From positions 2,919-66,918 of the forward strand of contig JAKBCR010000005.1 of assembly GCA_021807675.1 (NCBI GenBank): a stretch of 64,000 nucleotides of DNA, read 5' to 3'. Made by a program: the position numbers and the translations under genes. The DNA comes from Pseudomonadota bacterium (GTDB lineage Bacteria > Pseudomonadota > Gammaproteobacteria > Steroidobacterales > Steroidobacteraceae). The notes below the pieces were generated by a model. The model had not been told where the DNA came from, ran no database searches, and saw only the letters and a list, made by a program, of their open reading frames with translations. Position 1 is the first letter of the stretch. The number at the start of each line of letters is the position of its first letter. This document shows positions 1 to 9,744 of this stretch, one piece after another.

Positions 1-1936
1 GCATGAGCTCCATGTCGTTCTCGGCAAAGCTGTGGACGCGGTTGCGGCCGCCTTCCTTGGCCGCGGCGCAGGCACTGTCGGCCGCCGAAAGGACGGAGGC
101 GACATCCTCGTTGTCGGCGGTGATCGGGACCACACCGACGCTCGCCCCCAGCCGGAATACCCGGTCCTCCCAGGTGAAGCGGAAGTTGCGGACGCTCTCG
201 CGCAAGGCCTCGGCCGTGCGCATCGCCTCATCGATCGAGCAGGCCTCGAGCAGGATGCCGAACTCATCGCCCCCCAGGCGTGAGAGCGTATCGCGCCAGC
301 GGACCTTGGATTTCAGTAGCGCGCCGACCTGCCCGAGGAGCGCATCGCCTGCGCTGTGCCCGCAGGTGTCGTTGACGATCTTGAACTGGTCGATGTCGAG
401 ATAACACAGGGCGTAGGAGGTCTCGCGCGCCTTCGCGCTCTTCAGCGCGCGCTCGAGCCGGCTCTCGAACTCGCGGCGGTTGACGAGCCCCGTGAGGAGG
501 TCGTGGCTCGCGTGATAGGAGAGGCGCCGGTTGAGCTCGCGGGCCTCCGTGACATCGTGGAACACCAGCACGCCGCCGCAGACCCTGCCCTGGCCGTCGC
601 GGATGGGCGCAGCGGTGCTCTCGACGTAAAGCTCGTTGCCGTCGCGGCGGATCAGGAGCATCGGCCGCACCGATTTGATGGGCCGGATGCGCCGGATGGC
701 GACAGTGAGCGGGTTCTCGAGCGGCTCGCAGGTCTCCTCGTGGAAGGCGCGGAAGATCTCCTCGACCGGCCTGCCCATGGCATCCTCCAGGCGCCAGCCC
801 GTCAGTGACTCCGCGACCGGATTGATGTAGTCGATGACGGAATTGGCGTCGGTGGTCACGACGCCATCGCCGATCGACTGCAGCGTGATCTGCGCGCTCT
901 CCTTCTCGCGAAAGAGCGCCTCCTCGTAGAGCTTGCGCTCCGTGATGTCGAGCTCCACGCCGACCAGACGCAGCAGCCGGCCGTGCGTGTCGACACGCGC
1001 CGTCGCACGGCTGCTCACCCAGCGCCATTCCCCGCTGCGGTGGCGCATGCGGTGGGTGCTCTCGAAGACGGGTGTCTTGCCGTCCACATGGTCCCGGATC
1101 GCTGCCTGCACCCGCACGAGGTCATCGGGATGCACCAGGCTGCTCCAGTCGGGCGATTCGCGCATGTCTTCATCGCCGTAGCCCAGCATGGCCTTCCAGC
1201 GGGGGGAGAAGTAGACCTCGTTGCTCTCGACGTCGAAGTCCCAGACACCGTCGTTGGCCGCCGCCTGCGAGAGGTTGGCGCGCTCTTCGAGCCTGGCGAG
1301 GCGCGCCTCGATGCGGATGCGCTCGAGTCCGGTGGCGAGGCTCGTACCGATGAGCTTCATCAGGAGCTGCAGATTCACATCCCAAGCACCGCGCGGCAGA
1401 GTCTGCGCGAGGCCGAGGAAAGCCGCGGGCTTGCCCTGCACCCTCAGGGAAACCAGCAGTACCGAGCCGAGCTGCAGCTCGGAGAAGCGCTGAGCCTCGG
1501 CGCTCTGCTCCCGACGCGGCGCCGCGGTATCGCGCAGCTCCGAGAGACGAAGGTGATCGGTGCGCCCCTTGAGCCAGGTAAACGACTCGAGGCTTGTGCC
1601 CTGAAGGCCCTCAGGGCGGCATTGCGCGAAGGCCCCTCGGGCCAGCTGCACGTCCTCTATGACCGGCTCGTCCGCCCGCAGCACGAGAAGAAATGCGCAG
1701 TCGGCGGCGCTCGCTTCCCGCAGGAGCTCGAGGTTGCGGCGCAAGCAGTCGGCGACGTCCTCCTTGCGCATGTTCTGGAAGTCGACCGCCATCTTCGTGC
1801 AGGCGACATCGATGCCGATCACCGGCCTCGGCGCCTTGCCGCTCCAGGCGTCCGCCGAAAGAATATCCGAAGCGGTGAAATCCGCGGGCTTGTCCGGCGG
1901 CAGACTCGACACGGGACCGGTTACCTCCCCGACCAT
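1..1936 (-). CDS. GAF-PAS-PAS-GGDEF signalling protein (diguanylate cyclase). The C-terminus runs off the window and may continue into an EAL domain.
   Basis: Absent from the ORF track because no stop lies in the window. My minus-strand translation from the ATG at 1936-1934 is open to position 2. It gives RLGGDEFGILL (about 260-291 rev-comp), LLTGLVNRREF, DIDQFKIVNDTCGH, EGGRNRV, and two PAS-like blocks (VWDFDVESNEVYFSPRWKAMLGY; ITLQSIGDGVVTTD). Confidence 0.85.
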   Translation of the reverse strand, partial: MVGEVTGPVSSLPPDKPADFTASDILSADAWSGKAPRPVIGIDVACTKMAVDFQNMRKEDVADCLRRNLELLREASAADCAFLLVLRADEPVIEDVQLARGAFAQCRPEGLQGTSLESFTWLKGRTDHLRLSELRDTAAPRREQSAEAQRFSELQLGSVLLVSLRVQGKPAAFLGLAQTLPRGAWDVNLQLLMKLIGTSLATGLERIRIEARLARLEERANLSQAAANDGVWDFDVESNEVYFSPRWKAMLGYGDEDMRESPDWSSLVHPDDLVRVQAAIRDHVDGKTPVFESTHRMRHRSGEWRWVSSRATARVDTHGRLLRLVGVELDITERKLYEEALFREKESAQITLQSIGDGVVTTDANSVIDYINPVAESLTGWRLEDAMGRPVEEIFRAFHEETCEPLENPLTVAIRRIRPIKSVRPMLLIRRDGNELYVESTAAPIRDGQGRVCGGVLVFHDVTEARELNRRLSYHASHDLLTGLVNRREFESRLERALKSAKARETSYALCYLDIDQFKIVNDTCGHSAGDALLGQVGALLKSKVRWRDTLSRLGGDEFGILLEACSIDEAMRTAEALRESVRNFRFTWEDRVFRLGASVGVVPITADNEDVASVLSAADSACAAAKEGGRNRVHSFAENDMELM

Positions 1937-2165
1937 TCGTCGCACACTACCCCAGAGCTACCGCTCCGCGGGCGAGCATTGCGCAGCTTCTGGAGCATTT
2001 CCGGCTGCGATCTTCTAACGAGTTGCGACCGATTCTCGCACACTCGCTCAGGAACACAAGGTAACGCTCTGTTCGTTCAGGGGTGCGTGACTTGACAGAA
2101 TCCAGTGCCCAAAGCCTGAAGATGTGACACAGTTCCAATACGCGAGGGGGCTGCCGCAGGGCCTT

Positions 2166-2834
2166 TCAGACGAGCGCCGCTCGGGCCGTCTCGAAGAGGC
2201 CTTTGAGCTCGGTCTCCATCGCCCTCTGCAGCCGCTCGAGGGTCGCGGCATCCATCGCGCGCGGGATGTAGCGGGGCGTTCCAATGGCGACGGCGACCCG
2301 CGAAAGCGGTGCTGGAATCACGAACCGATCCCACTTGATGCGCCAGGCGCGCGAGGCGGCGTAGGCCATGGGCAGAATCGGCCGGCCGGACATCTGCGCT
2401 AGCAGAATGGCGCCAGGCTTGAATTTGAACCGCGGTCCGCGGGGTCCGTCGGGCGTGATGACCGGGGAGATGTCCTCTTTGACCAGGGCCTGATAATAGT
2501 CGCGCAACGCGCGAGCACCCGTATGGCTGGAGGAGCCGCGGATGACATGCGCGCCGACGCGGCGGGCCATCATTGCGCCGAGCTCTCCGTCGACCGAGGG
2601 GCTGATCAGCCAGCCGACCTTCAGGCGCGAGCGCTGCTCGAGCAGATACTTCGCGCAGAAGAGCTGGTGCTGGTGCCAGTAGCAGGGAATCAGCGAGGGC
2701 GCTTTCCCGAGCGCCTCGTCGAGATGCTCGGCGCCTTTCACCGCCACGACCCGGCACATGAGCCACCATCCGCGAATGATGCCGATGGCAAGAGGCACGG
2801 CCAGCCGGTAGAGCAGCCGGCGTGCGGGTGTCAT
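2166..2834 (-). CDS. Lysophospholipid acyltransferase (LPLAT) superfamily protein, DUF374 type
   Basis: Matches the DUF374 pattern: ISPSVDGELGAMMARRVGAHVIRGSSSHTGARAL...VITPDGPRGPRFKFKPGAILLAQMSGRPILP. I start at the internal ATG (MTPARRLLYRL) at 2834; the track ORF reaches 2972. Confidence 0.7.
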   Translation of the reverse strand: MTPARRLLYRLAVPLAIGIIRGWWLMCRVVAVKGAEHLDEALGKAPSLIPCYWHQHQLFCAKYLLEQRSRLKVGWLISPSVDGELGAMMARRVGAHVIRGSSSHTGARALRDYYQALVKEDISPVITPDGPRGPRFKFKPGAILLAQMSGRPILPMAYAASRAWRIKWDRFVIPAPLSRVAVAIGTPRYIPRAMDAATLERLQRAMETELKGLFETARAALV

Positions 2835-2939
2835 CCTGCGGCCCGAGCGCGTCACCGTGCGGTAGAGGGTATTTCGCAGGCCGTCGTCCGGATCGGGTGT
2901 CACGCTGCAACCGCTCCCATATGGAACCGACCAATTTAC

Positions 2940-2945
2940 TATAAT
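2940..2945 (+). promoter_or_regulatory. Candidate -10 hexamer (perfect TATAAT) in the divergent spacer upstream of the P450 gene
   Basis: The string tttacTATAATcggg sits in otherwise GC-rich DNA. It ends 11 nt before the ATG at 2957, implying a very short leader or a later start (Met7 at 2975). No convincing -35 element. Confidence 0.3.
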
Positions 2946-2956
2946 CGGGGGCTCAC

Positions 2957-4267
2957 ATGAGCAGACCCGCAACGATGCAGGCCCAGCCGCCCGAGGCGGC
3001 GCTTCAATTCGATATCGGCTCCACGGACGACTCGCTGGAGCGGATGATCGAGCTCTTCGCCTTGCATGGCGATATCTACCGCGTCTACGTGCCGGCGCGG
3101 CAATCCCATACGTATGTCATCCATCACCCGGACGACGTCAAGCGGGTGCTGGTCTCGAACCACCGCAACTATACGAAGGGACTCGGCCTCGATCGGGTGA
3201 GAATCCTGCTCGGCAAGGGCATCATGACGAGCGAGGGGGAGCTCTGGACGCGCCAGCGCTACATGATGCAGCCGTTGTTCCACCGGCGCGTCATTACCCA
3301 GTTCGCGGAGGTGATCGGCACCGCGAACTCGCAGCTCCTGAGGCGCTGGGAGGCCCTCGAGCGCCGAGGAGAGCCGGTGAGCCTCACCGACGAGATGAGC
3401 ATGCTCACCCTGGAGATCGTACTGCGCGCCATCTTCGGGCGCGACCTCGAGCGCATGTCGGCGCAGCTCGGCGGCAATCCGTTCGAGGTGGTCACCCGGG
3501 AGCAGGAGCGGAATCTGCAGTTCGCCTTCAAGTTCCGCTCGCTCACCAAGCTCGTCGCCGGTCTGATCGAGCGCCGCCGACACGAGAAAGAAGAGCACTT
3601 CGACTACGTCGCCATGCTCATGGGCGCGCGCGATAAGGACAGTGGCGAGCCGATGGCGGAGCGCCAGCTCATCGACGAGGTCCTCACCCTCGTCGTGGCG
3701 GGACACGAGACCACGGCGAGCGCGCTCAATTGGACCTGGTACCTGCTGTCACAGCATCACGACGTCGAGGCGCGGCTGCACGCGGAGCTCGATGCCCTTT
3801 CGGACGAGACCGCGCCGAGCCTGGCGCGGATGGAGCAGCTGGCCTACACCCAACAGGTGGTCAACGAGGCGCTGCGACTCTATCCGCCTGGGTGGCTCCT
3901 CTCGCGGCGCACGGTGCAGGCCGACGTGCTCGGCGGATACGAGATCCCGGCCGGTACCAACGTGCTCCTGCCGCTTTATCTGCTGCATCGGCACCCACGA
4001 TTCTGGCAGGATCCCGATCGGTTCCTCCCGGAGCGCTTCGCGCCGGAGCACGAGGCCGAGCGCCCGCGCTTCGCCTACATGCCCTTCGCGGCGGGTCCCC
4101 GCCACTGCATCGGGGAGACCTTCGCGCTCTACGAGATGCTGATGCACCTGCATCGTATCGCGCGCCGTTTTCGGCTGATCCACGTGCCCGACAAGCCGAT
4201 CGAGCTCGAGGCGCAGATCAATCTTCGCACCCGCTATCCCCTGCACATGAGGCTGGAACGCCGCTGA
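2957..4267 (+). CDS. Cytochrome P450 monooxygenase
   Basis: I-helix VVAGHETTASAL, ExxR motif EALRLYPP, and the heme-Cys loop FAAGPRHCIGETFA. 436 aa. Confidence 0.93.
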   Translation: MSRPATMQAQPPEAALQFDIGSTDDSLERMIELFALHGDIYRVYVPARQSHTYVIHHPDDVKRVLVSNHRNYTKGLGLDRVRILLGKGIMTSEGELWTRQRYMMQPLFHRRVITQFAEVIGTANSQLLRRWEALERRGEPVSLTDEMSMLTLEIVLRAIFGRDLERMSAQLGGNPFEVVTREQERNLQFAFKFRSLTKLVAGLIERRRHEKEEHFDYVAMLMGARDKDSGEPMAERQLIDEVLTLVVAGHETTASALNWTWYLLSQHHDVEARLHAELDALSDETAPSLARMEQLAYTQQVVNEALRLYPPGWLLSRRTVQADVLGGYEIPAGTNVLLPLYLLHRHPRFWQDPDRFLPERFAPEHEAERPRFAYMPFAAGPRHCIGETFALYEMLMHLHRIARRFRLIHVPDKPIELEAQINLRTRYPLHMRLERR

Positions 4268-6270
4268 TGTCGATCTCCACGACGAACGCCACCACTCTGA
4301 CCGAGCTTCTCGAGGCCAACCGCAACCATCCCGGGAAAATCACCTACCTCGAGGGCGAGCACGACGCGCGCGACGTCGGTTACGGAGAGCTGTACGCGCG
4401 CGCGCTCGGCATACTGCACCACTTGCAGCGCCTCGGCGCCCGCCCCGGCGATAAGCTGATCCTCTTCCTCGGCAGCAACGAGCAGTTCATCGATGCGTTC
4501 TGGGCCGCCTTGCTCGGCGGCATCGTGCCGGTGCCGGTCGCGCTCGGCATCAGCGACGAGCATCGGCACAAGCTCCTGCGGATCGCCCGCACGCTCGCCG
4601 GCCCCGGCTCGCAGCTCGGCAAGCCGTTCATCTACACGGAGCGCCGCTCGCTCGAGCGCATCGGCGCCTTCGCCGCCCAAGCCGGGGAGTCGGAGACCTT
4701 CGAAGGACTGCGCTCGCGCGCCTTCCTGGTCGATGACCTCGCTGACATCTCGCGGGCGGGCCAGGTGCATCGCGCGCGGCCGGAGGACACCGCGTTCATC
4801 CAGTTCTCCTCGGGCTCGACCAGCGAGCCCAAGGGTGTTGTGCTGACTCACGGCAACATCGTCGCCAACGCACGCGGAGTGATCGAGGCCGCGCGCTTCG
4901 CGCGGGACGACATCAGTCTCTCGTGGATGCCGCTCACCCATGACATGGGGCTGATCGGCTTTCATCTCATCATGTTCTACGGCCGGGTGCACGCGCACCT
5001 CATGCCGACGGAGCTGTTCATCCGCCGGCCGCTTCTCTGGCTGACGCTCGCGAGCCGTATCCGCGCGACCATCCTCTGCTCGCCCAATTTCGGGTACAAG
5101 CACTACCTCAAGGTGCTCGGTGACCGGCCGATCGAGGGGCTCGACCTCTCGAGCGTCAAGCTCATCTTCAACGGCGCGGAGCCGATCTCTGTCGAGCTCT
5201 GCGAAGAGTTCCTGACGCGGCTCGCGCCCGCGCGGCTGCCGTGCAATGCGATGTATCCGGTGTATGGGCTGGCGGAGGCCTCTCTCGCCGTGAGCTTCCC
5301 GCCTCCCGGCGCGCCGATGCGCACCATCGCGCTCAACCGGCATCGGCTCGGCGTGGGGCATCCCGTCGAGCTCATCGACCAGCGCTCACGCGATGCGGTG
5401 CGGCTGATATCCGAGGGCCGCGCGATTCCGTATTGCAGCGTGCGCATTGCCGATGACGAGGGTAAGCCGCTGCCGGAGGGCCGGATCGGACATCTTCACA
5501 TGCGTGGCGACAACGTCACTCGCGGGTACTTCGAGAATCCCGGGGCGAACGCACAGGCCTTCACCGCCGATGGGTGGCTGCGAACGGGCGATCTCGCGCT
5601 GTTTCACGAGGGCGATCTCTATGTTTCCGGGAGGGCGAAGGAGATCATCTTCGTCAACGGCCAGAACTACTACCCGCATGATCTGGAGGCGCTCGCGCAG
5701 CGCATCGAGGGCCTGGAGCTCGGCAAGGTCGTCGCCGCGGGAGTGCGGCCGCCCGGGGAGGAGATCGACCTACTCGTGCTCTTTATCCTCCATCGGGGCG
5801 CGATGGAGGACTTCCTGCCGCTCGCCGCGCAGGCCGCGCGGGTCATCAACGAGCAGGCGGGGCTCGAGGTCGCGGAGGTGGTGCCGGTCAAGCGCATCCC
5901 GAAGACGACCAGCGGCAAGATCCAGCGGCACCTTCTCGAGCAGAGTTATGTCGATGGGGAGTTTGCCGCGCAGCTGAGCGAGCTCGCCGCCCTGCGCGAG
6001 GCGCGGCGCGGCCCCGAGACCGCCTCGCGCAGCGAGATCGAGGAGAAGCTGCGGACGATATGCGATGCGGCGCTCGGCGGCAGGCGGGTGGACGTCAACG
6101 ACAATCTCTTCGAGCTCGGCGCGAGCTCTTTGAAGCTCATCGAGATCCATGAGCGGATCGATCGGGAGTATCCGGGGCAGGTGGACCTGACGGAGCTCTT
6201 TGATTTCCCGACGATCGCCGAGCTCGCCCACCACCTCGAGAGCAAACTGGGTGCGCCCCGGGCTGTCTGA
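4267..6270 (+). CDS. Fatty acyl-AMP ligase (adenylation domain) fused to a C-terminal acyl/peptidyl carrier protein domain
   Basis: AMP-binding motifs FSSGSTSEPKGVVLTH, YGLAEASLAV, WLRTGDLA, GRAKEIIFVNGQNYYPHDLE, KTTSGKIQR. C-terminal carrier motif DNLFELGASSLKLIE. Start MSISTT at 4267 overlaps the P450 stop (TGATG). The track ORF from 3730 is an out-of-frame overlap with the P450 gene. Confidence 0.88.
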   Translation: MSISTTNATTLTELLEANRNHPGKITYLEGEHDARDVGYGELYARALGILHHLQRLGARPGDKLILFLGSNEQFIDAFWAALLGGIVPVPVALGISDEHRHKLLRIARTLAGPGSQLGKPFIYTERRSLERIGAFAAQAGESETFEGLRSRAFLVDDLADISRAGQVHRARPEDTAFIQFSSGSTSEPKGVVLTHGNIVANARGVIEAARFARDDISLSWMPLTHDMGLIGFHLIMFYGRVHAHLMPTELFIRRPLLWLTLASRIRATILCSPNFGYKHYLKVLGDRPIEGLDLSSVKLIFNGAEPISVELCEEFLTRLAPARLPCNAMYPVYGLAEASLAVSFPPPGAPMRTIALNRHRLGVGHPVELIDQRSRDAVRLISEGRAIPYCSVRIADDEGKPLPEGRIGHLHMRGDNVTRGYFENPGANAQAFTADGWLRTGDLALFHEGDLYVSGRAKEIIFVNGQNYYPHDLEALAQRIEGLELGKVVAAGVRPPGEEIDLLVLFILHRGAMEDFLPLAAQAARVINEQAGLEVAEVVPVKRIPKTTSGKIQRHLLEQSYVDGEFAAQLSELAALREARRGPETASRSEIEEKLRTICDAALGGRRVDVNDNLFELGASSLKLIEIHERIDREYPGQVDLTELFDFPTIAELAHHLESKLGAPRAV

Positions 6271-6288
6271 TCGAAAGCAACTGATCGA

Positions 6289-6315
6289 GCGGCCCAGGGC
6301 CGCTCCCTGGGCCGC
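6289..6315. terminator. GC-rich 11-bp perfect hairpin in the convergent FAAL-ACP / nadC spacer (possible bidirectional terminator)
   Basis: gcggcccaggg-ccgct-ccctgggccgc. No clean U-tract on either side. Confidence 0.35.
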
Positions 6316-6453
6316 GGGATCGAAAAAGTCCATGGGCTGGCCGCGCGCAAAATCGCCGGGAGCGATTTTGGACGGCGCACAGCGCCGGGCCCGAAGGGCC
6401 GAGGCCCAGGATGGGCCGAGCAAAGCGCCGCAGGCGGCTTTGCGCCAATAGAC

Positions 6454-7326
6454 CTAGAAATCCAGCCGCATGGACAGATCGACGGCGCGTACGTGCTTCG
6501 TCAGTCCGCCGGATGACACGAAGTCGACACCCGTCGAGGCGATGGCGCGCACGGTCTGGAGACTGACACTGCCGGAGGCTTCGAGCGCGACCGGCCGATC
6601 GCGCGAGCGATTGAGGGATACGGCGGCCGCGAGATCCTCGAGACTGAAGTCATCGAGCAGCACGATATCGGGTCCGGCGCGCAGCGCCTCTTCCAGCTCC
6701 TTCAGCGACTCGACTTCGACCTCCACCTTGACGCCTCCGGCCACACGCCGGGCGGCGGCGATCGCGGCGGTGATCGAGCCCGCGGCGGCAACGTGGTTCT
6801 CCTTGATGAGCACCATGTCGTAGAGGCCCATGCGGTGGTTGCGGCCGCCGCCGCACCGCACGGCGTACTTCTGCGCGCTGCGCAGGCCGGGGAGGGTCTT
6901 GCGGGTATCGAGAACGGTGCAGCCCGTGCCGGCGACCGCGGCGACGAAGCGGCTCGCCTCGGTGGCGGTCGCGGAGAGCAGCTGCAGGAAATTGAGTGCC
7001 GTACGCTCGCCGGTGAGGATCGGCCGCGCGAGCCCTTCGATCTCGAAGATGACCGTCCCGGATCGCACCCGATCCCCGTCGGTCGCCCGCCATGTGAGCC
7101 GGATGGTCCTATCCAGGCGGCGAAAAGTCTCCTCGACCCAGGGCCGGCCGCACAGCACGGCGTCTTCGCGGGTGATGACCCGGCCCCTGACCCGCTGGCC
7201 TTGCGGGACGAGCTGTGCCGTGACGTCGCCGGTGCCGAGGTCTTCCCGCAGCGCGGCGGACACCTGGTCCGGCAGGTCCCCCGGCGGGGTGAGGTCGGGC
7301 GCGGGCGGGGACCCAGTCGCGTTCAT
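6454..7326 (-). CDS. nadC: Nicotinate-nucleotide pyrophosphorylase (quinolinate phosphoribosyltransferase)
   Basis: ALREDLGTGDVTA at the N-terminus and VLIKENH...VEVEVESL...DIVLLDDF. About 290 aa from MNATG at 7326. Confidence 0.9.
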   Translation of the reverse strand: MNATGSPPAPDLTPPGDLPDQVSAALREDLGTGDVTAQLVPQGQRVRGRVITREDAVLCGRPWVEETFRRLDRTIRLTWRATDGDRVRSGTVIFEIEGLARPILTGERTALNFLQLLSATATEASRFVAAVAGTGCTVLDTRKTLPGLRSAQKYAVRCGGGRNHRMGLYDMVLIKENHVAAAGSITAAIAAARRVAGGVKVEVEVESLKELEEALRAGPDIVLLDDFSLEDLAAAVSLNRSRDRPVALEASGSVSLQTVRAIASTGVDFVSSGGLTKHVRAVDLSMRLDF

Positions 7327-7388
7327 CCGCACAAGGCTAGCACGGGCGGGGTTTGAACATTGCCGCCACGGCCTCATAATCGCGCAGG

Positions 7389-7607
7389 ATGTCCGAAGCA
7401 TGCGCGCCGGCGGAATGGGACCGCCCCCGTTCCCCCTGCATCAAGCTCTGCACGCTCGATGACCGGGGGTATTGCATCGGGTGCCTGCGAACCGGCGATG
7501 AGATCGGCCGGTGGACATCCATGAGCGCCGCCGAGCAGTGGCGGCTCATCGTCGAGCTCGAGCGGCGGCGCGAGCTTGCACGGCGTGACATGCAAGCGGA
7601 TTCCTGA
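7389..7607 (+). CDS. DUF1289 family small Cys-rich protein
   Basis: SPCIKLCTLDDRGYCIGCLRTGDEIGRW matches the DUF1289 pattern. Confidence 0.75.
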   Translation: MSEACAPAEWDRPRSPCIKLCTLDDRGYCIGCLRTGDEIGRWTSMSAAEQWRLIVELERRRELARRDMQADS

Positions 7608-7635
7608 TCGGCCGAAGGCCGTAACGAGGTTGTCG

Positions 7636-7956
7636 ATGGACGTGGTCGAGAGAATCAAGGCCGAGCTCGGCTCGAGCCCGGTGGTGTTGTTCATGAAGGG
7701 CACGCCGGATTTCCCGCAGTGCGGCTTCTCCGCGCAGACGGTGTCGGCGCTGCGCGCGCTCGGTGCCGATTTCAAATACGTCAACATCTTCGAGGAGCCG
7801 GAGATGCGCGAGGCGCTGAAGCGCTACTCCAACTGGCCGACCTATCCTCAGCTCTACGTCAACGGCGAGCTGATCGGCGGCTGCGACATCGCCCTCGAGA
7901 TGTACCAGAGTGGTGAGCTGAAGACGCTGCTCTGCGGAGTCGGCGCCGTCAAGTAA
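7636..7956 (+). CDS. grxD: Monothiol glutaredoxin (Grx4 family)
   Basis: [17 protein letters not shown]...[19 protein letters not shown]. Start MDVVERIK at 7636. Confidence 0.92.
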   Translation: MDVVERIKAELGSSPVVLFMKGTPDFPQCGFSAQTVSALRALGADFKYVNIFEEPEMREALKRYSNWPTYPQLYVNGELIGGCDIALEMYQSGELKTLLCGVGAVK

Positions 7957-8707
7957 CCGGCGGGGAGTCGCTCTCGGCTTCGGCGGCCGGCTCGGTGAGC
8001 CAACCAAGCGCCCGTGCCCGCGCCTCGGCTTCGAGAAAGCTGTCGCGGAAGCGATTGCAGATCAGGCAAAAGAGCTCCGCGGTGCGCTCGGCGTCGTAGA
8101 CGGCCGAGTGCGCCGAGCTCGAGTCCCACGCGAGTCCCGCGATGGTTGCCGCCTTCGCGAGCACCGTCTGTCCAAGCGCCGCCCCGGCCAGCGTGGCGGT
8201 ATCGAAGCAGGAGAACGGATGGAACGGGTTGCGCTTCACTTCCGCCCGCTTGACCGCGGCGTTGAGAAACCCGAGGTCGAAGGCCGCGTTGTGTCCGACC
8301 AGAATGGCGCGCCGGCAGCCATAGGCGCGTAAGGCGTGGCGGATCTCACGGAAGATCCGCTGCAGGGCGTCGCGCTCGGGCAACGCCGGGCGCAACGGAT
8401 GATATGGGTCGATACCGGTCACGGAGAGCGACGCCGGATCGAGCCTCGCGCCTTCGAAGGGCTTGACGTGGAAGTTGTGGGTCGCCCCGCGACTCAACAC
8501 GCCATCGCCGTCCATGTCGATGAGCACGGCGGCGATCTCGAGCATGGCGTCCGTGTCCGCATTGAAGCCGCCCGTCTCGATATCCACCACGACCGGTAGG
8601 AAGCCGCGAAAGCGCCGCGTCATGAGCACCGCGCCCGGGCCCGGGGTGGCGCCTGCCGCCGCCTCAGGCTCCCTGCTCGAGCTTGGAGGCCCGCTTGCCG
8701 CGCTCAT
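7949..8707 (-). CDS. rnt: Ribonuclease T (DEDDh exonuclease)
   Basis: [34 protein letters not shown]. The ATG at 8707 overlaps the pyrC stop (ATGA). An alternative start is MTRRF, about 28 codons downstream. Confidence 0.85.
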   Translation of the reverse strand: MSAASGPPSSSREPEAAAGATPGPGAVLMTRRFRGFLPVVVDIETGGFNADTDAMLEIAAVLIDMDGDGVLSRGATHNFHVKPFEGARLDPASLSVTGIDPYHPLRPALPERDALQRIFREIRHALRAYGCRRAILVGHNAAFDLGFLNAAVKRAEVKRNPFHPFSCFDTATLAGAALGQTVLAKAATIAGLAWDSSSAHSAVYDAERTAELFCLICNRFRDSFLEAEARARALGWLTEPAAEAESDSPPVT

Positions 8708-9744
8708 TGCCTCTCCTGCAGGCGCCAGCCGATGTGCTCTCCGGCGCGCAGGGGCACGAGCTCCTCGGCGCCGAATGGGCAGGACCGCGGCACTTCCCAA
8801 GGTGCCTTCACCAGCGTGAGACGGCCGGTGTTTCGGGGAAGGCGGTAGAAGTCCGCGCCGTGCTCGGAGGCGAAAGCCTCCAGGCGCCCGAGCGCGCCCG
8901 CAGCCTCGAATGCTTCCGCGTAGAGCTCGATCCCCGCATGTGCGGAGAAGATGCCGGCGCATCCGCAGGCGACCTCCTTCGCGCCTCGCGCGTGCGGTGC
9001 GCTGTCGGTGCCGAGGAAGAACCGCGGATCGCCGCTCGCAACGACACCGAGCAGCGCCTCGCGGTCGGCCTCGGACTTCAGTAACGGCAGGCAGTAATGG
9101 TGAGGCCGGATGCCTCCTGCGAAGAGCGCGTTGCGATTCATGAGGAGGTGCTGTGGCGTGAGAGTGGCGGCAATCCCGGGACGGGAGCCGAGCACGAACT
9201 GCGCGGCGGCGCGTGTGGTGATGTGCTCGAACACAATGCGCAGGCGTGGAAATCGCGCCGCGAGCGGTGCAAGCACCTGATCGATGAAGCGGGCTTCGCG
9301 CTCGAACACGTCGACCTCGGGATCGGTGACCTCACCGTGAACCTCGAGGACGAGGTCTTGCTCCTCCATGCGGGAGAGCACCGCATCCACCTTACGGATC
9401 GCGGTCACGCCGGCATCGGAATGGGTCGTAGCGCCCGCCGGGTAGAGCTTGAGGCCCACGATGCAGCCGCTCGCCTTGGCGCGGTCGACCTCGGCGGGGT
9501 CGGTCCGATCCGTGAGGTAGAGCGTCATCAGCGGCTCGAAGGGCACTCCCGTGGGCAGGGCGTCGAGGATACGCCGGCGGTAAGCCAGCGCCTGCTCCGT
9601 GCTGAGCACGGGAGGGTGGAGGTTGGGCATGATGAGCGCGCGCGCGAAACGCGCCGCCGTGTATGGCAACACGGAGCGCATCGACTCGCCGTCGCGCAGG
9701 TGCAGATGCAGATCATCCGGACGCCGGAGCGTGATCGAGGTCAC
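8704..9744 (-). CDS. pyrC: Dihydroorotase (homodimeric type)
   Basis: [34 protein letters not shown]. 346 aa. Confidence 0.92.
   Translation of the reverse strand: MTSITLRRPDDLHLHLRDGESMRSVLPYTAARFARALIMPNLHPPVLSTEQALAYRRRILDALPTGVPFEPLMTLYLTDRTDPAEVDRAKASGCIVGLKLYPAGATTHSDAGVTAIRKVDAVLSRMEEQDLVLEVHGEVTDPEVDVFEREARFIDQVLAPLAARFPRLRIVFEHITTRAAAQFVLGSRPGIAATLTPQHLLMNRNALFAGGIRPHHYCLPLLKSEADREALLGVVASGDPRFFLGTDSAPHARGAKEVACGCAGIFSAHAGIELYAEAFEAAGALGRLEAFASEHGADFYRLPRNTGRLTLVKAPWEVPRSCPFGAEELVPLRAGEHIGWRLQERQ

Noticed and set aside
1937-2165. 63-aa ORF (1947-2138, minus strand) in the lower-GC spacer upstream of the GGDEF gene
   Set aside because: Its codon usage is unlike neighbouring genes and it has no motif. 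The region is more plausibly the promoter and leader of the GGDEF gene.
3730-4266. N-terminal 179 codons of the 846-aa track ORF, which overlap the P450 gene
   Set aside because: This stretch is out of frame with the clearly real P450 and is low-complexity Arg/Ala-rich. A proper start (MSISTT, ATG 4267) is coupled to the P450 stop.
8708-8962. Upstream 85 codons of the rnt track ORF. Similar 5' extensions occur for nadC, grxD, aceE, apbC, wrbA, acyP, slt, proS, pssA, pilV, pilW, pilY1, DUF58 and tgpA.
   Set aside because: The extensions overlap neighbouring genes or are non-protein-like. Internal starts give orthologue-like N-termini and often ATGA/GTGA coupling.
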